Source: Octopus sinensis
Taxonomy: Eukaryota
Length of the DNA stretch: 64,000 bases
Assembly (NCBI RefSeq): GCF_006345805.1
Contig: NC_043008.1
Location: 67,332,001-67,396,000 of the forward strand
Reading direction: 5' to 3'
This document shows, piece after piece, positions 1 through 12,788 of the stretch (its first letter is position 1; every line of letters starts with the position of its first letter). The notes beneath the pieces are model-generated. The model made no database searches, had not been told where the DNA came from, and saw only the letters and a program-made list of their open reading frames with translations. A program made the position numbers and the translations under genes.

Positions 1-106
1 ATATTTTTGGAATGACATTATAAAGTAGATGTGAGAGGTTACATATGACTGAACATAAAACAGGTACAATATTTAAGCTGGATATGGCCAGTTTAAATGC
101 AAAGGG
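1..106 (-). mobile_element. Partial piggyBac-type MITE running off the window start
   Basis: Reverse complement of the MITE left half, ending AAAGGG|TTAA at 101-110. Confidence 0.6.
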
Positions 107-2069
107 TTAAAAAATGAGGCCAACTTATCAACTTGGGTGGTTGACTTGTGGATTCAGTACTGTCTTGTGCTGTTTGTTCCAGCTCTTTATGTTCTTAGCT
201 CAAATCCTGCTGTTGCCTACCTAAGTGGTAGATGTAATTCATTTCCCAGTTTAACATCACTACCTGGTCCTTGGGTGTTTTAAGCAGATTCTGCTCTGTG
301 AGAAGCATTTAAACCAGGTCTTTGATTTGAGAAGAGGTTCCTCTCTCCCTTCTCAAGGCCTCTATAAAGGGTCCTGAGCACTGCCTTCCTTTCTGACTAT
401 AAGATTAAAAAAGTAAACTAACATTTCATTTTCCCCCATCTCCTTTCCCTCCCCTCCTTTCTCCTCCCCCTCATTCCCACCTCTCTTCTCTTCCTATCCC
501 CCATCTTTTCCCTCTCATTCCCCCTCTCTCTTTCCTCTTCACTGTCAGACAGAAAACTAGTTTGAAATATTAGATTCTATACTCTTCATGGCAATTGCAC
601 TTGCCAAACTCTCCTAACTACTACTGATAATGTCCATCACCTCTTCCCTCAGATTCCTGATTTTAGTTCACTTGGTTGTTTGGCAATAGGCACCAGACAT
701 TAAAAGAATGTATCCTGTATAGACTACTAGCACCTTCCAAAATTAAGTATGTCTGTCTCTGACCAGTTTAATGCTTTAAAATTTGATGCAAAGTCTTCAG
801 TCTTTGGAAACTTTAGACCCATTAAAATAAATGTTATTTTTCAGAACTAACAATAGAGCCTGTATGCAGGTGCTCATGCTTTACTCAGCCTGCTAGAAAT
901 AACAACCAAATCTCCCTTAAATCTTACTTTAACATCTTTAAAAATGGAGGGTCATATTGAGTAGTAGAGTCATAAATATATTATACTGCAGCTAGAGTAC
1001 CTTTGATCATAGGTCTACTTTATGATTTGAGCTGGGTGAAATCCCTTCCTGCAGTTATGGAGTTATAGATATTCAAGAACAACATCCACTACATTAATTT
1101 CATCAGTCTCAGTGGGCTAGCAACATCCATGAGCTAAGCACTGGCCTTCTCTCCAAACCAAATCATTAAACAAAAAATTTAATTCATCATTTTTGTGAAA
1201 TTTTTGAAAAAGTAATTTACTCTTTCACATTCCTTGAGAAAGTTATACCAAACTTTGTTATAAAACTCAAAAAATACTTGATAAAATGTTCTATTTAGAA
1301 TACCTTTTAGACCAGGGTTTGTATAGTTTATGTGTGTTTCAGATGAATGAATTTAATGTTCATTTGATTGGGATGGGAACTTTTATTGTGTAAGCATAAA
1401 TTGAGGCAACAAGAGCCATAAATTGGGGTCAAGTTGATAGTATACCAGAGCTACTGACAAAGAGCCTCTGGTTCAAACTTTGTTGTTGACACAGTGCTCT
1501 GACTGTGAATAAAAAAGACCCTGTTCTCTAGCAACACTCCCTACATATCTATAAATAGGTACATAGAGCAGTATAAATATGTTGCAGTAAGCAATGAAAT
1601 CATTATAAAAATTGATGCATTAACGAAGCACTAAACTTATTACAATATTTGATAGCATATATGATGCACATTTTACTCCAGAAAATGTCAACAAAAAAAA
1701 AAGTTATACAGGTCCTACATGCAAAGTTGTACCCTATAACACCTACTTTAATGCACAAGAAACTTTTTTACCTGAATATGTTCAAAAGAATGTGTTCTGC
1801 TGAAATTGGAGTGCATCTAATATGCCCATATGTCTTTTATGCCATCAGATATGGTATATAGAGTTTCGAGTTCAAATCCTGTCAGAGCTGACTTGTAATT
1901 TTCGTCCTTCAGGAGTTGATGAGCACCAGTGATGTTCTGGGGTTGAACCCATTCAGTATACCTCTTCCCCTACAAATCTGTGGCTTTTGTACTATTTGTC
2001 ACTTGTAAATTATTTAGTTTTTTTTTTTTTTATTTATAACATTTCCATGTGATTATTTGGTTTCAGTTT

Positions 2070-2100
<31 letters not shown>

Positions 2101-2368
2101 TTCTTATTGTTATTATTATTATTATTAAGAAGGTGGCGAGCTGGCAGAATTGTTATCATACTGGGTGAAATTCTTAGTGGTATTTTGTCTGCGGCTATGT
2201 TCTGAGTTCAAATTCCACCAAGGTTGACTTTGTCTTTCATCCTTTTGGGGTTGATAAATTAAGTACCAGTGAAATATTGGGGTCGATGTAATCGACTAGT
2301 CCCCCTCCCCCAAAATTTCAGGCCTTGTGCTTTTAGTAGAAAGGATTATTATTTTTATTATTTTTCAG

Positions 2369-2444
2369 AACCTCATGAAATCTTGTCCCTCACGCGTGCT
2401 GTGGTGATGATTAATCCAGAGTGTAGCACCGCCTGGAATGTTAG
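2369..2444 (+). CDS. PTAR1: PTAR1-like (protein prenyltransferase alpha subunit repeat protein) internal coding exon; upstream exons not found, probably outside the window
   Basis: tttttcAG acceptor and GTGAGT donor. Translates (E)PHEILSLTRAVVMINPECSTAWNV(R), matching the NP-x-x-TAWNVR motif of PTAR1. 76 nt, phase 1 in, phase 2 out. Confidence 0.9.
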
Positions 2445-3650
2445 GTGAGTTATGTACTTTATTGTTTATCTTCTATATGTTCTGAATGTCTTAAACTTTT
2501 TTAATACCAAACCCCCTGAGACTGTCTTTGGTTTTATGATACAAACTTCGTGTTTTAAAATGATCTAAATTAAAAAACCTTCCATAAAAAATTTTCAGGT
2601 TAATTTATGTTGCCAACATCAGAAAGAAGAGTAGCAGATGATGTTTGAGGTTAGAGTTGTTATTGTTTTTTGTAACCCACTCAGGTCAACCTTGATCCAG
2701 TAGACCTATGATCAAACATGCAGCTATCTCACCTTTATTTTTCAGTTTATCTACAACTACTTTATCCAGTGTTTCCTTTTTTTTTAACATAATTGAATTG
2801 TGATTTGAGGGACACTTGGCAGCTATTTTTAACAAACTGAGAGACTACATTGAAGCTCTATTTTTGGTTCATCATCATCATTTTAACGTCCACTTTCCAT
2901 GCTAGCATGGGTTGGATGATTTGACTGAGGTCTGGCGAACCAGATGGCTGCACTAGACTCCAATCTGATCTAGCAGACTTTCTACAGCTGGATGTCCTTC
3001 CTAATGCCAACTACTCCGAGAGTGTAATGGGTGCTTTTACATGCCACAAGGGACAGTCAGGCAGTACTGGCAACGGCCACGCACAAATGGTGCTTTTTAT
3101 GTGCCACCTGCACAGGAGCCAGTCCAGCGACACTGGCAACGACCTCGCTCGAATGTTTTTTTTTTCTTTCACGTACCACCAGTACAAGTGCTAGTAAGGT
3201 GACACAGGTAATGATCATGCTCACGGAAGTCAGCTTGTTGCTCTGGCAACGATCTCACTCGTATGGTACTCTTAGCGCTCCACTAGCAATGGATGCCAAC
3301 AAAAAAGAGAAAAGAGTTCAAAACTGTGGAATAATAGAAATGTTAGAAAACTGCACTATACCCTTTGCAGTAGTTAGCTTCATCCTTTTTGTCTCTGGAG
3401 TTTAAATAGTTCCCATATCAATAAAGCACATGATGTGTATTGAGATCAGTTCAATTAATTGTCCATTTCACACAAATTCTGTTGCTCTGATGTCAATGGA
3501 ATAAGTTGGTTTGTTTATTTTTAATTTTTACATTTTCTTATGTTACCTGGTTCATATAGTTTCTTCAGATTAAAGGGTAAAGAGATTAGCAGGATGAGAA
3601 TATATCAATAGAGTTACTTACATTTGTATTTGTTTTTTATGTTTTTGTAG

Positions 3651-3755
3651 GAAGGAGCTGATTTTGACTGGGGATCTAAAAGCTGGTGACTGCTTAAAGC
3701 TTGGCACGCTGATCCTTACAAAGCATCCTAAGAGTGCTGAAGTGTTTTCCCACAG
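3651..3755 (+). CDS. PTAR1: PTAR1-like coding exon
   Basis: gtttttgtAG acceptor and GTAACT donor. 105 nt. (R)KELILTGDLKAGDCLKLGTLILTKHPKSAEVFSH(R) resembles vertebrate PTAR1 RKELILSG...LTKFPKSPETWIHR. Phase compatible with both neighbours. Confidence 0.92.
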
Positions 3756-4381
3756 GTAACTTTTATTTCTTATATTCATCAAATTCAACACGACAGAGAA
3801 TAAAATGCAGGATTGTCACAGAGAGTGAAGAATTCTAATGTGTGTGAGAAGTGGCCTTGTCCAATATAAAAGACAAATAAAAATACTGTGTACACTGGTT
3901 CAGTACTAACACTGATAAAATATCTTGCTCAACTTTTAAAAAAACGCCCCCTGCCCAATGGACGGTGCTGAGTTGTCAAACATTTAAACCAAATTTTCTC
4001 AATAAACTTGTCCGACTGTCTCATAGGCCTCCCCTTTGAGAAACACTGATTTAACCTAAATTTGAGACACCAGCAAAAGAAGAAATAAAGATAGACTTTT
4101 TCTCGTGTACACGTAGTATTGATCACAACAGCTGATGTACTTGCACATACAAATGCACGTTCCCACGGCTTTATCGATCGCATTCTCACCTGGAATCGAT
4201 TTTTGTAATTTTTTCAAGACTTATACACGCTCTGATACCGTTGGTATCTACATATCAAATTTGAGTGCAATCAGATGGAGGATGCCCGAGATCCTAGAAG
4301 ACACACATACAGACAGATAGAACGGATTTTATATAATAGATGAGTTGTTGTTAATAAAATTACAATCTTTTTAGACTTTAA

Positions 4382-4588
4382 CCCTTTAGTATTTGAACTG
4401 GCCATATCTGGCCCAAATATTTTATTTGTTTCATGTTTGAACAAACCAGTTCTAATGTCTCACACCAACCATGCAATGCCATTCTAAAAATATACAAGTA
4501 CATCATTGAAATTTTGAAGCTGCAAGATGATACTGAATTAATTCAAAACAATGTGAATAAATAACAGAATAATCTTAATACTAAAGGG
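4382..4588 (+). mobile_element. piggyBac-type MITE (TTAA|CCCTTT...AAAGGG|TTAA), in a PTAR1 intron
   Basis: TTAA at 4378-4381 and 4589-4592. The internal sequence is homologous to copies at 6744, 15735 and 46182. Confidence 0.75.
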
Positions 4589-5163
4589 TTAAAGATAAAA
4601 AAAAATGACTTAGTTATTTCATCACTATACTACATTTTAATTAATTTCAATTCAGGAAAAAAGACAGCTGATGATGACCAAGACCAACCCAAATAAAACA
4701 TTGTTGCTGTCATCATTATCATTTATATCTGTTTTCCTATTCTGGCATGGGTTAGACAGGACTTTCTGAGGTATTGTTTTATGGCCAGATGTGTCAAAGT
4801 ATGGGGAACTGAGAACCCTAATCCAATGTTCTACAGCTCTCTTTACCACAAACAGCTGTGTCTGCATCACATACTTTTGACCATCTCAGCATATTTCCAC
4901 CCTGTTCGTCATCTCTTACAATACACAAGGATTTTGAGTACCTCTTTTAAAAACCAGAATATATACAGATAGTGAACAATTTAAACATTTTATTTGTATC
5001 TGAAAAGATAAAAGTTAATCTTGGAAATAATGATCCCAAGTACAAGCATTTAGTTTTTGATATTCTAGGGAACCTTTTTATTTCAAACAAAGAAGCTTGA
5101 TACTTTCCATTCTGAGAATATATAACTATATGTAACTGCTTTTTTTTTTTTTTTAATTCCCAG

Positions 5164-5485
5164 GAAATGGTTATTAAATCACCTAGTATCGCAATGTCCA
5201 GTTCTTCAAGCTTTGATGAGAGATCGGAGAGAGAACAGAGACATTAATTCACAAAACTGCTTCCGGTCCACAGACCAGCCATGGTCGCCAAATAACAGTA
5301 ATGGTCACAACAATCACATGTACCATATTCATCTTCCTACTGCTGAAGTCAATTCACCTGTCTACAATATACTCGTGGCTGAATTTGATACCTGTACATT
5401 AGCAGCTTCCAAATACTCTTGCAATTATTATGCTTGGAATCATCGCACCTGGGTGATGAAACTCATACTCTGTTATTCTTACACA
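5164..5485 (+). CDS. PTAR1: PTAR1-like coding exon
   Basis: Long T tract plus cAG acceptor, GTAAGT donor. 322 nt. (R)KWLLNHL...AASKYSCNYYAWNHRTWVM contains the PFTA repeat motif NYxAWxHRxW. Confidence 0.92.
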
Positions 5486-6367
5486 GTAAGTCCTCTTTCT
5501 CTATTCACAAGTAGTAGTAGTAGTAGTAATCACCGTCATCAGCAGCAGTGTATTAATATCTATTTTCTATACTCACCAGACAGCTCTTTGTCATCTTATT
5601 TCTAAGATTCATTATTTTTTAGATTTGTCCTTCACTGTATTTTGTTTACCCTTATTCCATTTCTTTACTTCACTATACGTTTTTACCTAGCAGTTATACA
5701 TCTTTGTACCCTAGTCACCAATATATTTGTCTTCCTTCCAGCTACTCTCATCCACACCTTTCATAATGTAAAGTAGCTACATATGTCTTCTATAGTGAAA
5801 TACCTGTCCCTGTTCTATCGCAATTTAGCCTCTCACCACTTGACAAATAACCACCTCCCCTCCTGCTACAGTCCCACCGTTGAGAGGGCTTCTTATTCTT
5901 TTGTCTTGCAAGTTACTTCACTCCTGCCAGTGTCACTGAAAAAACACCTAGTACACGCTATATAGTGGTTGGCAGTAGGAAGGTCATCCAGCCAAAGGAA
6001 TGATTCCAATGTAGACATTGGAGTCCGGTGATTCATCTGGCTCATTGTTCTGTCAAACAATCCATCATGGAAGACAGATATTAAATGATGATCATCATCA
6101 TGATCATATGCACACAATAGGCTTCTTTCAATTTCCACGTACCAAATTCACTCACAAGACTATGGTTGGCCCTCGGTTATAGTAGAGGACACTTTCTCCA
6201 GATACCTCACAGTGAGACTGAACCCCAATCCCATGGTTTGGAAGCAAACTTCTTAACCATATAGCTATGCCTATTTGCTCAAAAAGTTAGTTGATAAATC
6301 TAAAATATTATAACCCCATTGTAATTTTTAATTACTCCAAATTTCTTTTTCAATTCACTCTTTTTAG

Positions 6368-6657
6368 ATGTTTTTGTCGGAGCTATCCTGGTCTAAGTCA
6401 TGGATCCAACAACATATATCTGATCATAGCTGTTTCCAGTACCGCCAGTTTCTTTTAATGCAATTGTCTTCTTGCCAACAATACCAATGCTCACTGTCAG
6501 ACCACTGTGACAACACAGAAGGATCCAGACCTGTTAACAATACTCACAACAATGGCTGCAGTCAACTGCCAGTCGAAAACCCTTTCATCTCTGAGATGTC
6601 CTTAATAAGTTTCTTAATCCACTCATACCCAGGTCATGAAACTCTCTGGTATCACAG
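6368..6657 (+). CDS. PTAR1: PTAR1-like coding exon
   Basis: tttttAG acceptor and GTAACA donor. 290 nt. FLSELSWSKSWIQQHISDHSCFQYRQFLL...SYPGHETLWYH(R) matches PTAR1 HVSDHSGFHYRQFLL and SYPGHETLWCHR. Confidence 0.95.
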
Positions 6658-6743
6658 GTAACACAAACTTTATTTATTATTATTATTTTTTTATTTATTT
6701 CATAACTGAAGGTTGAAGTTCCTATCCCTCCCTGTACCCTTAA

Positions 6744-6956
6744 CCCTTTAGCATTTAATCCGGCCGTATCTGGCCCTAATATTTTAACTGTTTTATGTTA
6801 AAACTGACCAGATCCAACCTCTCAGACCTATCCTACAATGTCATTTTAAAAAATACAAACACACCATTGAAATCCTGAAGCTACAAGATAATGTGTGATT
6901 AATTCAAAACCATGTGGATTAATAAGTAAGTCACTTGACAAAGAAATTTGAAAGGG
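6744..6956 (+). mobile_element. piggyBac-type MITE, same family
   Basis: TTAA at 6740-6743 and 6957-6960, with CCCTTT/AAAGGG ends. Confidence 0.75.
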
Positions 6957-8731
6957 TTAATCATCATGTTATTGTTGTTGGCCTCTCTCTCATGATGTAA
7001 GGTATTGAGGTCTTCCTTCTATTACTTTGTCCCATCAAATGACAAGCTAGACTTCTTTTGTGGAGTTGGTCCATAAAGAATTTATTCTAGTTACATAGGT
7101 TTGTTTCTGTGTGCACATGCATTAAAAGAGGTATGTGTATAGAAGACATTGCATATGTGTCTGTGTTAGTATATCTTCTGGTTTTACATTCAGAGTTAAA
7201 ATTTGGCTGAGGTTACTTTTGCTTTTCATTTTTTACAAGGTTGATAAAATAAGAACCAGTTGGGCACTAACATCAATGTAATCAACTAGTCCCTTCCCCC
7301 CAGAATTTCATGCCCTGTACCTATAGTTATTATTAAGCGGCGAGCTGGCAGAATCATACTGGGCGAAATGCTTGGTGTTATTTCATCCATCTTCACATTC
7401 TGTGTTCAAATTCTGCCAAGATCGATTTTGCCTTTCATCCTTCTGGGGGTTGATGTAATCAACCAATCCCCACCCACCCCCAATTGCTGCCCTTGTGGCA
7501 AAATTTGAAGCCATTATTATTATAATTATTATTGAGTGAGAGAGCAGTGCATGCCATCAAAGTGACACTGGGGTACAAATATATGAAACCCAATATTTCC
7601 ATCATGACTACCTGTCTGATAAGGGTATTCCAGGCACATGCATCACAACAACATGTGCAACATGGTGATTTCATATCAAGATGAACATCCCATGACCTTG
7701 CAGGTGGGGCCCACTTAGAATTTTCGTCAGGTTAAGTAGCCCATTCCACTCAAAAGGTTCTTGAATAAGGTTTGTTTAAGGATGTCAAACAAAACATCCA
7801 TGTTTCCAGAGGCGAAGTGTTCAAATTCCAAAGAATTCCTCTTAGCACATGGCTATGATGCTCCCCCACTTCTTTTCCTCATGATCAGAGATGCGCATAT
7901 TGTCAGTCAGCAAGGGACATGCTCAACTGGTTAAGGTCAAACAACTGACAAGCAAATCTGTGGTATTGAGCAGAATATTTGCTGTAACCCATCTTTTATA
8001 CTGAGATAAAACAATGCACATGATAACACCCCTAATCAGTTAAGATCAGAAGCTATGAGAGCTAGTGTCTGGTATTACATCAGAACATTTATTATTATTG
8101 TCATTGCTTTTGCACAGCTTCTAACGCTGGAGATGTACTATGGTGTCAGCTGTTCACTACCAGTGAATTAAGGTAACACCTCTTATTTTTCAAGCACCTT
8201 CCAGAGTATTCAAGTGGTTCCAAGCAATGCTGCATTCTGTAAGTGGTCCACCCTTATTGCAGCCCTTATTTGTTCCATGTACTTCTCAAGATTTTTGCTC
8301 ACTGTTCCCAGGGCTCCGACAATTATTGGTACTACTGCTACGTTTTTCATCGACCACAACTGCTTAACTTCCCAAGCTAACCTCTCTTATCGCCCGACTT
8401 TTCTTTCTTCCTTATCGCATACCTTGTTGTCAGCTGGACATGCTTATTATTATTATTATTATTATTATTATAAAGTGGCAAGCTGGTAGAATTGTTAGTG
8501 AGCTGGGCGAAATGCTTAGTGGTATTTCATCTGCTGTTATGTTCTGTGTTCAACTTCTGCTGAAGTTGACTTTGCCTTTCATCCTTTCAGGATCGATAAA
8601 TTAAGTACCAGTTGAGTAGTGGGGTCGATGTTATCCATTATCCCCTCCCCCAAATTTCAGGCCTTGTGCCTATAGTAGAAATATTATTAATATTTTGTTG
8701 TTATTTTACACGTTTGTACCTTTTTTTCCAG

Positions 8732-8975
8732 GAGGTTTGTACTTCATTCATTAGCATGTGCCATCAAACAGAAGAAACAGATGAACTGTCAACAAGATTT
8801 TGTTAACCAGCCTGACTGCAAGCACCTATACAACACCAAGTGGGAAATGTCCATTAAGGAATTGAATGCTGAAGAAACTCAATTTGCTGAACAAGAACTG
8901 AAATCTCCTGATTTATTCCAAAGACATTTAGCCAAGCGATATTTGAATTGGCTGGAAAATTTCTTTGAAACCTGA
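8732..8975 (+). CDS. PTAR1: PTAR1-like terminal coding exon (stop TGA)
   Basis: ttttttccAG acceptor. 244 nt in the phase required by the previous exon. (R)RFVLHSL...ETQFAEQELKSPDLFQRHLAKRYLNWLENFFET* resembles the PTAR1 C-terminus. Confidence 0.85.
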
Positions 8976-9079
8976 AGCTTATGAATTAAAATGTGGTGTG
9001 TGATAATTTAACAATGAATTCAATGGCAGAATTTTAAGGCTAAAAAAAAGAGCAGTTGTTTAATATTTTTAATTATATA

Positions 9080-9304
9080 TTTGTGTGTGTGTATTTATTT
9101 CTGTGTGTGTGTGTGTGTATTTGTATTACTATGTACTTATACATGAATATATGCATTTGTATCTGCATATATACATTTAAGCATGAGTGCAAGTGCGTGT
9201 GAGTGTGTGTATCGATGTATAAGTGATTGTGTATTTATATTTTTCTTTCCCTACTAATAGAATTTATTTTGTGTGTATGTGTGAATATATGTGTGCTTTA
9301 TATG

Positions 9305-9346
<42 letters not shown>

Positions 9347-9596
9347 CACACACATACACATATACACTCACACACACGGACATACAGATGTTTTTTATGT
9401 ATGTGTACGTGCAGATACAATCTCATGCACTCTATGCAAGGTTATGAAATTACCAAGATGCTCATTGGTTGTTTCATGTCATGTAACAACCAATCAGAAC
9501 ATTTGTATTATAGTGTAATGTTGGTGGTCAGTATATGAGATATTAAACTTGTGTGTACACACACACATTGTATGTGTGTGATATATATATGTATAT

Positions 9597-9642
<46 letters not shown>

Positions 9643-9825
9643 GTGTGGATGTATGTGTGCATGTCTCATATATGTATGTATATATATGTATTTATATATG
9701 TATATGTCATCTGTGTGTGTCGTGTGTGTGTATACATTTATATGTAAATATATATACCTCGTGTATATGTATGTCATATATATATGTATATGTCTCACAC
9801 ACACATATATGTGTATATGTATGTG

Positions 9826-9862
<37 letters not shown>

Positions 9863-10321
9863 ATGTGTGTTTGATATGTATGTATATATGTATATATATA
9901 TGTGTATGTATATATATGTGTGTGTGTGTGTGTGGTGTGTGTGTATGTGTGTTTGATATGTATGTATATATATATATATATGTGTATGATATATATATGA
10001 ATGTATATATATGTGTGTGTGTGTATGTGTGTTTGATATGTATGTATATATATATATATGTGTATGATATATATATGAATTTATATATATCTGTGTATGT
10101 GTATATGTATGTATGTATGTATGTATATATATATATCGTGAAGTATAATTGTCACTTAAATGTGGCTAACCTTTCAGTGTGGATGCTGATGCAGCTTGTA
10201 GCTACAAGCTACAGTAGCATCCACCCTTAAGGGTCAGCACATTTAAGTGGCAAATATACTTAACAATGTTGTGCAGCTACCGTTTATACCTCGCTCAGAG
10301 ATTTATTATTGCTTATATATA

Positions 10322-10356
<35 letters not shown>

Positions 10357-10591
10357 TGTTTGTGTGTGTATGACATGTATATATATCCATGTATGTGTAT
10401 ATGTATGTATATATATCCGTGTATGCGTATTAAATGTACATATATCTATGTCTGGGTATGACATATATATATGTATATATATATGTGTGTGTATATATAT
10501 ATGTGTATATATATATATATGTATATAAATGTATATATGTATATGTCATGAATGTGTGTATAATATATATATAAATGTATACAAGTGTGTC

Positions 10592-10623
<32 letters not shown>

Positions 10624-10960
10624 TTATATAGATTTATGTGTATATATATATGTGTGTGTATACATATGTGTATATGTATGTATGTATATATATATGTGTA
10701 TATGTATATATGCATATGTATATATATGCATATGTATATATGCATATGTATATATATGCATATGTATATATGCATATGTATATATATATATATATATATA
10801 TGCAAATGTATATATATATATATGCAAATGTATATATATATATGCAAATGTATATATATTTATATGTATATATATATATTCAAATGTGTATATATATATA
10901 TGCATATATATATGTGTATATATTTATATGTGTATATATATGCATATATCTATGTACATA

Positions 10961-11002
<42 letters not shown>

Positions 11003-11019
11003 TATGTATATGTACATAT

Positions 11020-11061
<42 letters not shown>

Positions 11062-11110
11062 ATATGCATATATACATGCATATATATGTATAGATATATA
11101 TATAAATTAA
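9080..11110. repeat. Compound (TA)n/(TG)n/(TATG)n microsatellite field. Similar fields at about 11820-12900, 19400-20420, 36620-37030, 40945-41280, 48030-48550, 56180-56660
   Basis: Read directly from the sequence. Source of most YIYI and CVCV ORFs. Confidence 0.95.
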
Positions 11111-11780
11111 ATAAATGGAGTTAAACGCAGGTGTTTTTCAAATTCTTTTACTTCCGACACTTTTCGAAGACAACATTGGTATTATTCCAATGGAATAAAA
11201 TGATGTAAAACAATGCAATCTTCTCATCAGAGAATGAAAGAAAGAAACTAAACTCATTAATAAGACTGTTTAGCAGAATGTGATGGATGCGTAGAATGAT
11301 GAACGGAATGCTATTAATTTTTTTTTATCATAAACCGTTTGAGGATATAACGTCAAAACCTTGTTTACAAGGGTATTCTTAGAAAAAAGAATAGAAAATA
11401 GTTCAGTGTTATAGAGTTGGCAGAATTCTTTACCTTTATCATATGGGAATGAAATAGAGAGAATCAACCAATTTAAATTAAATTGTTCATTATGGTCTTT
11501 TAGATACCAAATTAATTTACTAAGCATTTTGCATTTATTACTATCCCTTAATGTAGAGTAATGATTAGAAATTCTTTTAGATAACTGAAAAGAACTACCT
11601 ACATAAAAAAAGACATTGTTACTTTAGGTCATTGATTTTCTTCTTACATTTCACTTCCCTAGATATATCTTTTTCCAAGCCTTTAAGTTTTTATTTGATT
11701 CACATATCGCTCTATATTTCTCATTTATTAGTTTCCTGCTTATTTGTTTCCTTTACCCCTCCTCTTTCTATTGGCTACCT
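11100..11780 (-). mobile_element. Penelope-like element 3' fragment (GIY-YIG endonuclease end plus terminal region)
   Basis: In-frame FYVGSS...KRISNHYSTLR...LSKLIWYLKDHNEQFNLNWLIL...PYDKGKEFCQLYNTE...KNTLVNK follows the Penelope GIY-YIG pattern YIG..R..NH..LSxxIWxLK..W.I..PY..CxLCxxE..LNK. Confidence 0.8.
11152..11235 (-). ncRNA. Type I hammerhead ribozyme motif downstream of the Penelope ORF
   Basis: Minus strand reads TTCT-CTGATGA-GAAGA..long stem II..TCTTC-GAAA-AGT-GTC-GGAA. Both core boxes are intact and stems I and II pair. Predicted cut after GUC at 11156. Position 15.2 (A) does not pair. Confidence 0.7.
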
Positions 11781-11886
11781 TTGATGTTATTTCCTCTACA
11801 AGTTTATAAAAAGAACTTAATAGCGTTCTGTATATGTGTATATATATATATGTATATATGTATAGCTATGTCTATATATGTATATC

Positions 11887-11938
<52 letters not shown>

Positions 11939-12006
11939 TATGTGTGTGTGTGTGTATGTATGTGTGTGTGTATATGTGTGTGTGTATATCTATGTGTGTG
12001 TGTGTG

Positions 12007-12039
<33 letters not shown>

Positions 12040-12118
12040 TTATATGTTTATGTGCTTGTGCATATGTGTATATGTATATACATATATAAGTATATATTTA
12101 TATGTATACATATATATA

Positions 12119-12149
<31 letters not shown>

Positions 12150-12251
12150 CTTTATTTAAAAGCAGCAGAAATTCAACAAAACCTGTTACTCTGAGTTTCA
12201 CGTTACTCAGAGTAACAGGTTTTGTTGAATTTCTGCTGCTTTTAAATAAAG
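12150..12251. repeat. Perfect hairpin with 47-bp arms and an 8-nt loop
   Basis: 12150-12196 pairs with 12205-12251. Confidence 0.95.
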
Positions 12252-12320
12252 CATATTACTCTACCCCTGGTATTTGTGTACTCTTTTTTCCACCTTGTTT
12301 CACATTTATGTGTTTACTCC

Positions 12321-12370
<50 letters not shown>

Positions 12371-12755
12371 AATATATACATATTTGTGTCTGTATATGTA
12401 TATATGTGTATATATATGTATAAGTGTTTATATATATATATGTGTGCATACATACATAAATGTATATATGCATACATATATATATATACTTTATTAAAAA
12501 GCAGCCAAAATATCACAAAACCATTACTCAGAGTTTCACGTTCCCGTTTGTCAGACATGTTTCTTTATATTTATATATATATTTATATATATATATATAT
12601 ATTCCATTGACATATGCCCTATGTAATGTTTTATGTATACATATATGTGTATATATATTCCATTTACATATGCCGTTTATAATGTTTTATATATACATAT
12701 ATATATATATTCCATTGACATATGCCATATATTGTTTTGTTCTGTGTAGTGTGTG

Positions 12756-12788
<33 letters not shown>

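Noticed and set aside
425-545. Polypyrimidine CT-rich tract (and the GA-rich tract at about 61810-61930)
   Set aside because: Ordinary low-complexity sequence with no mirror symmetry or context suggesting function.
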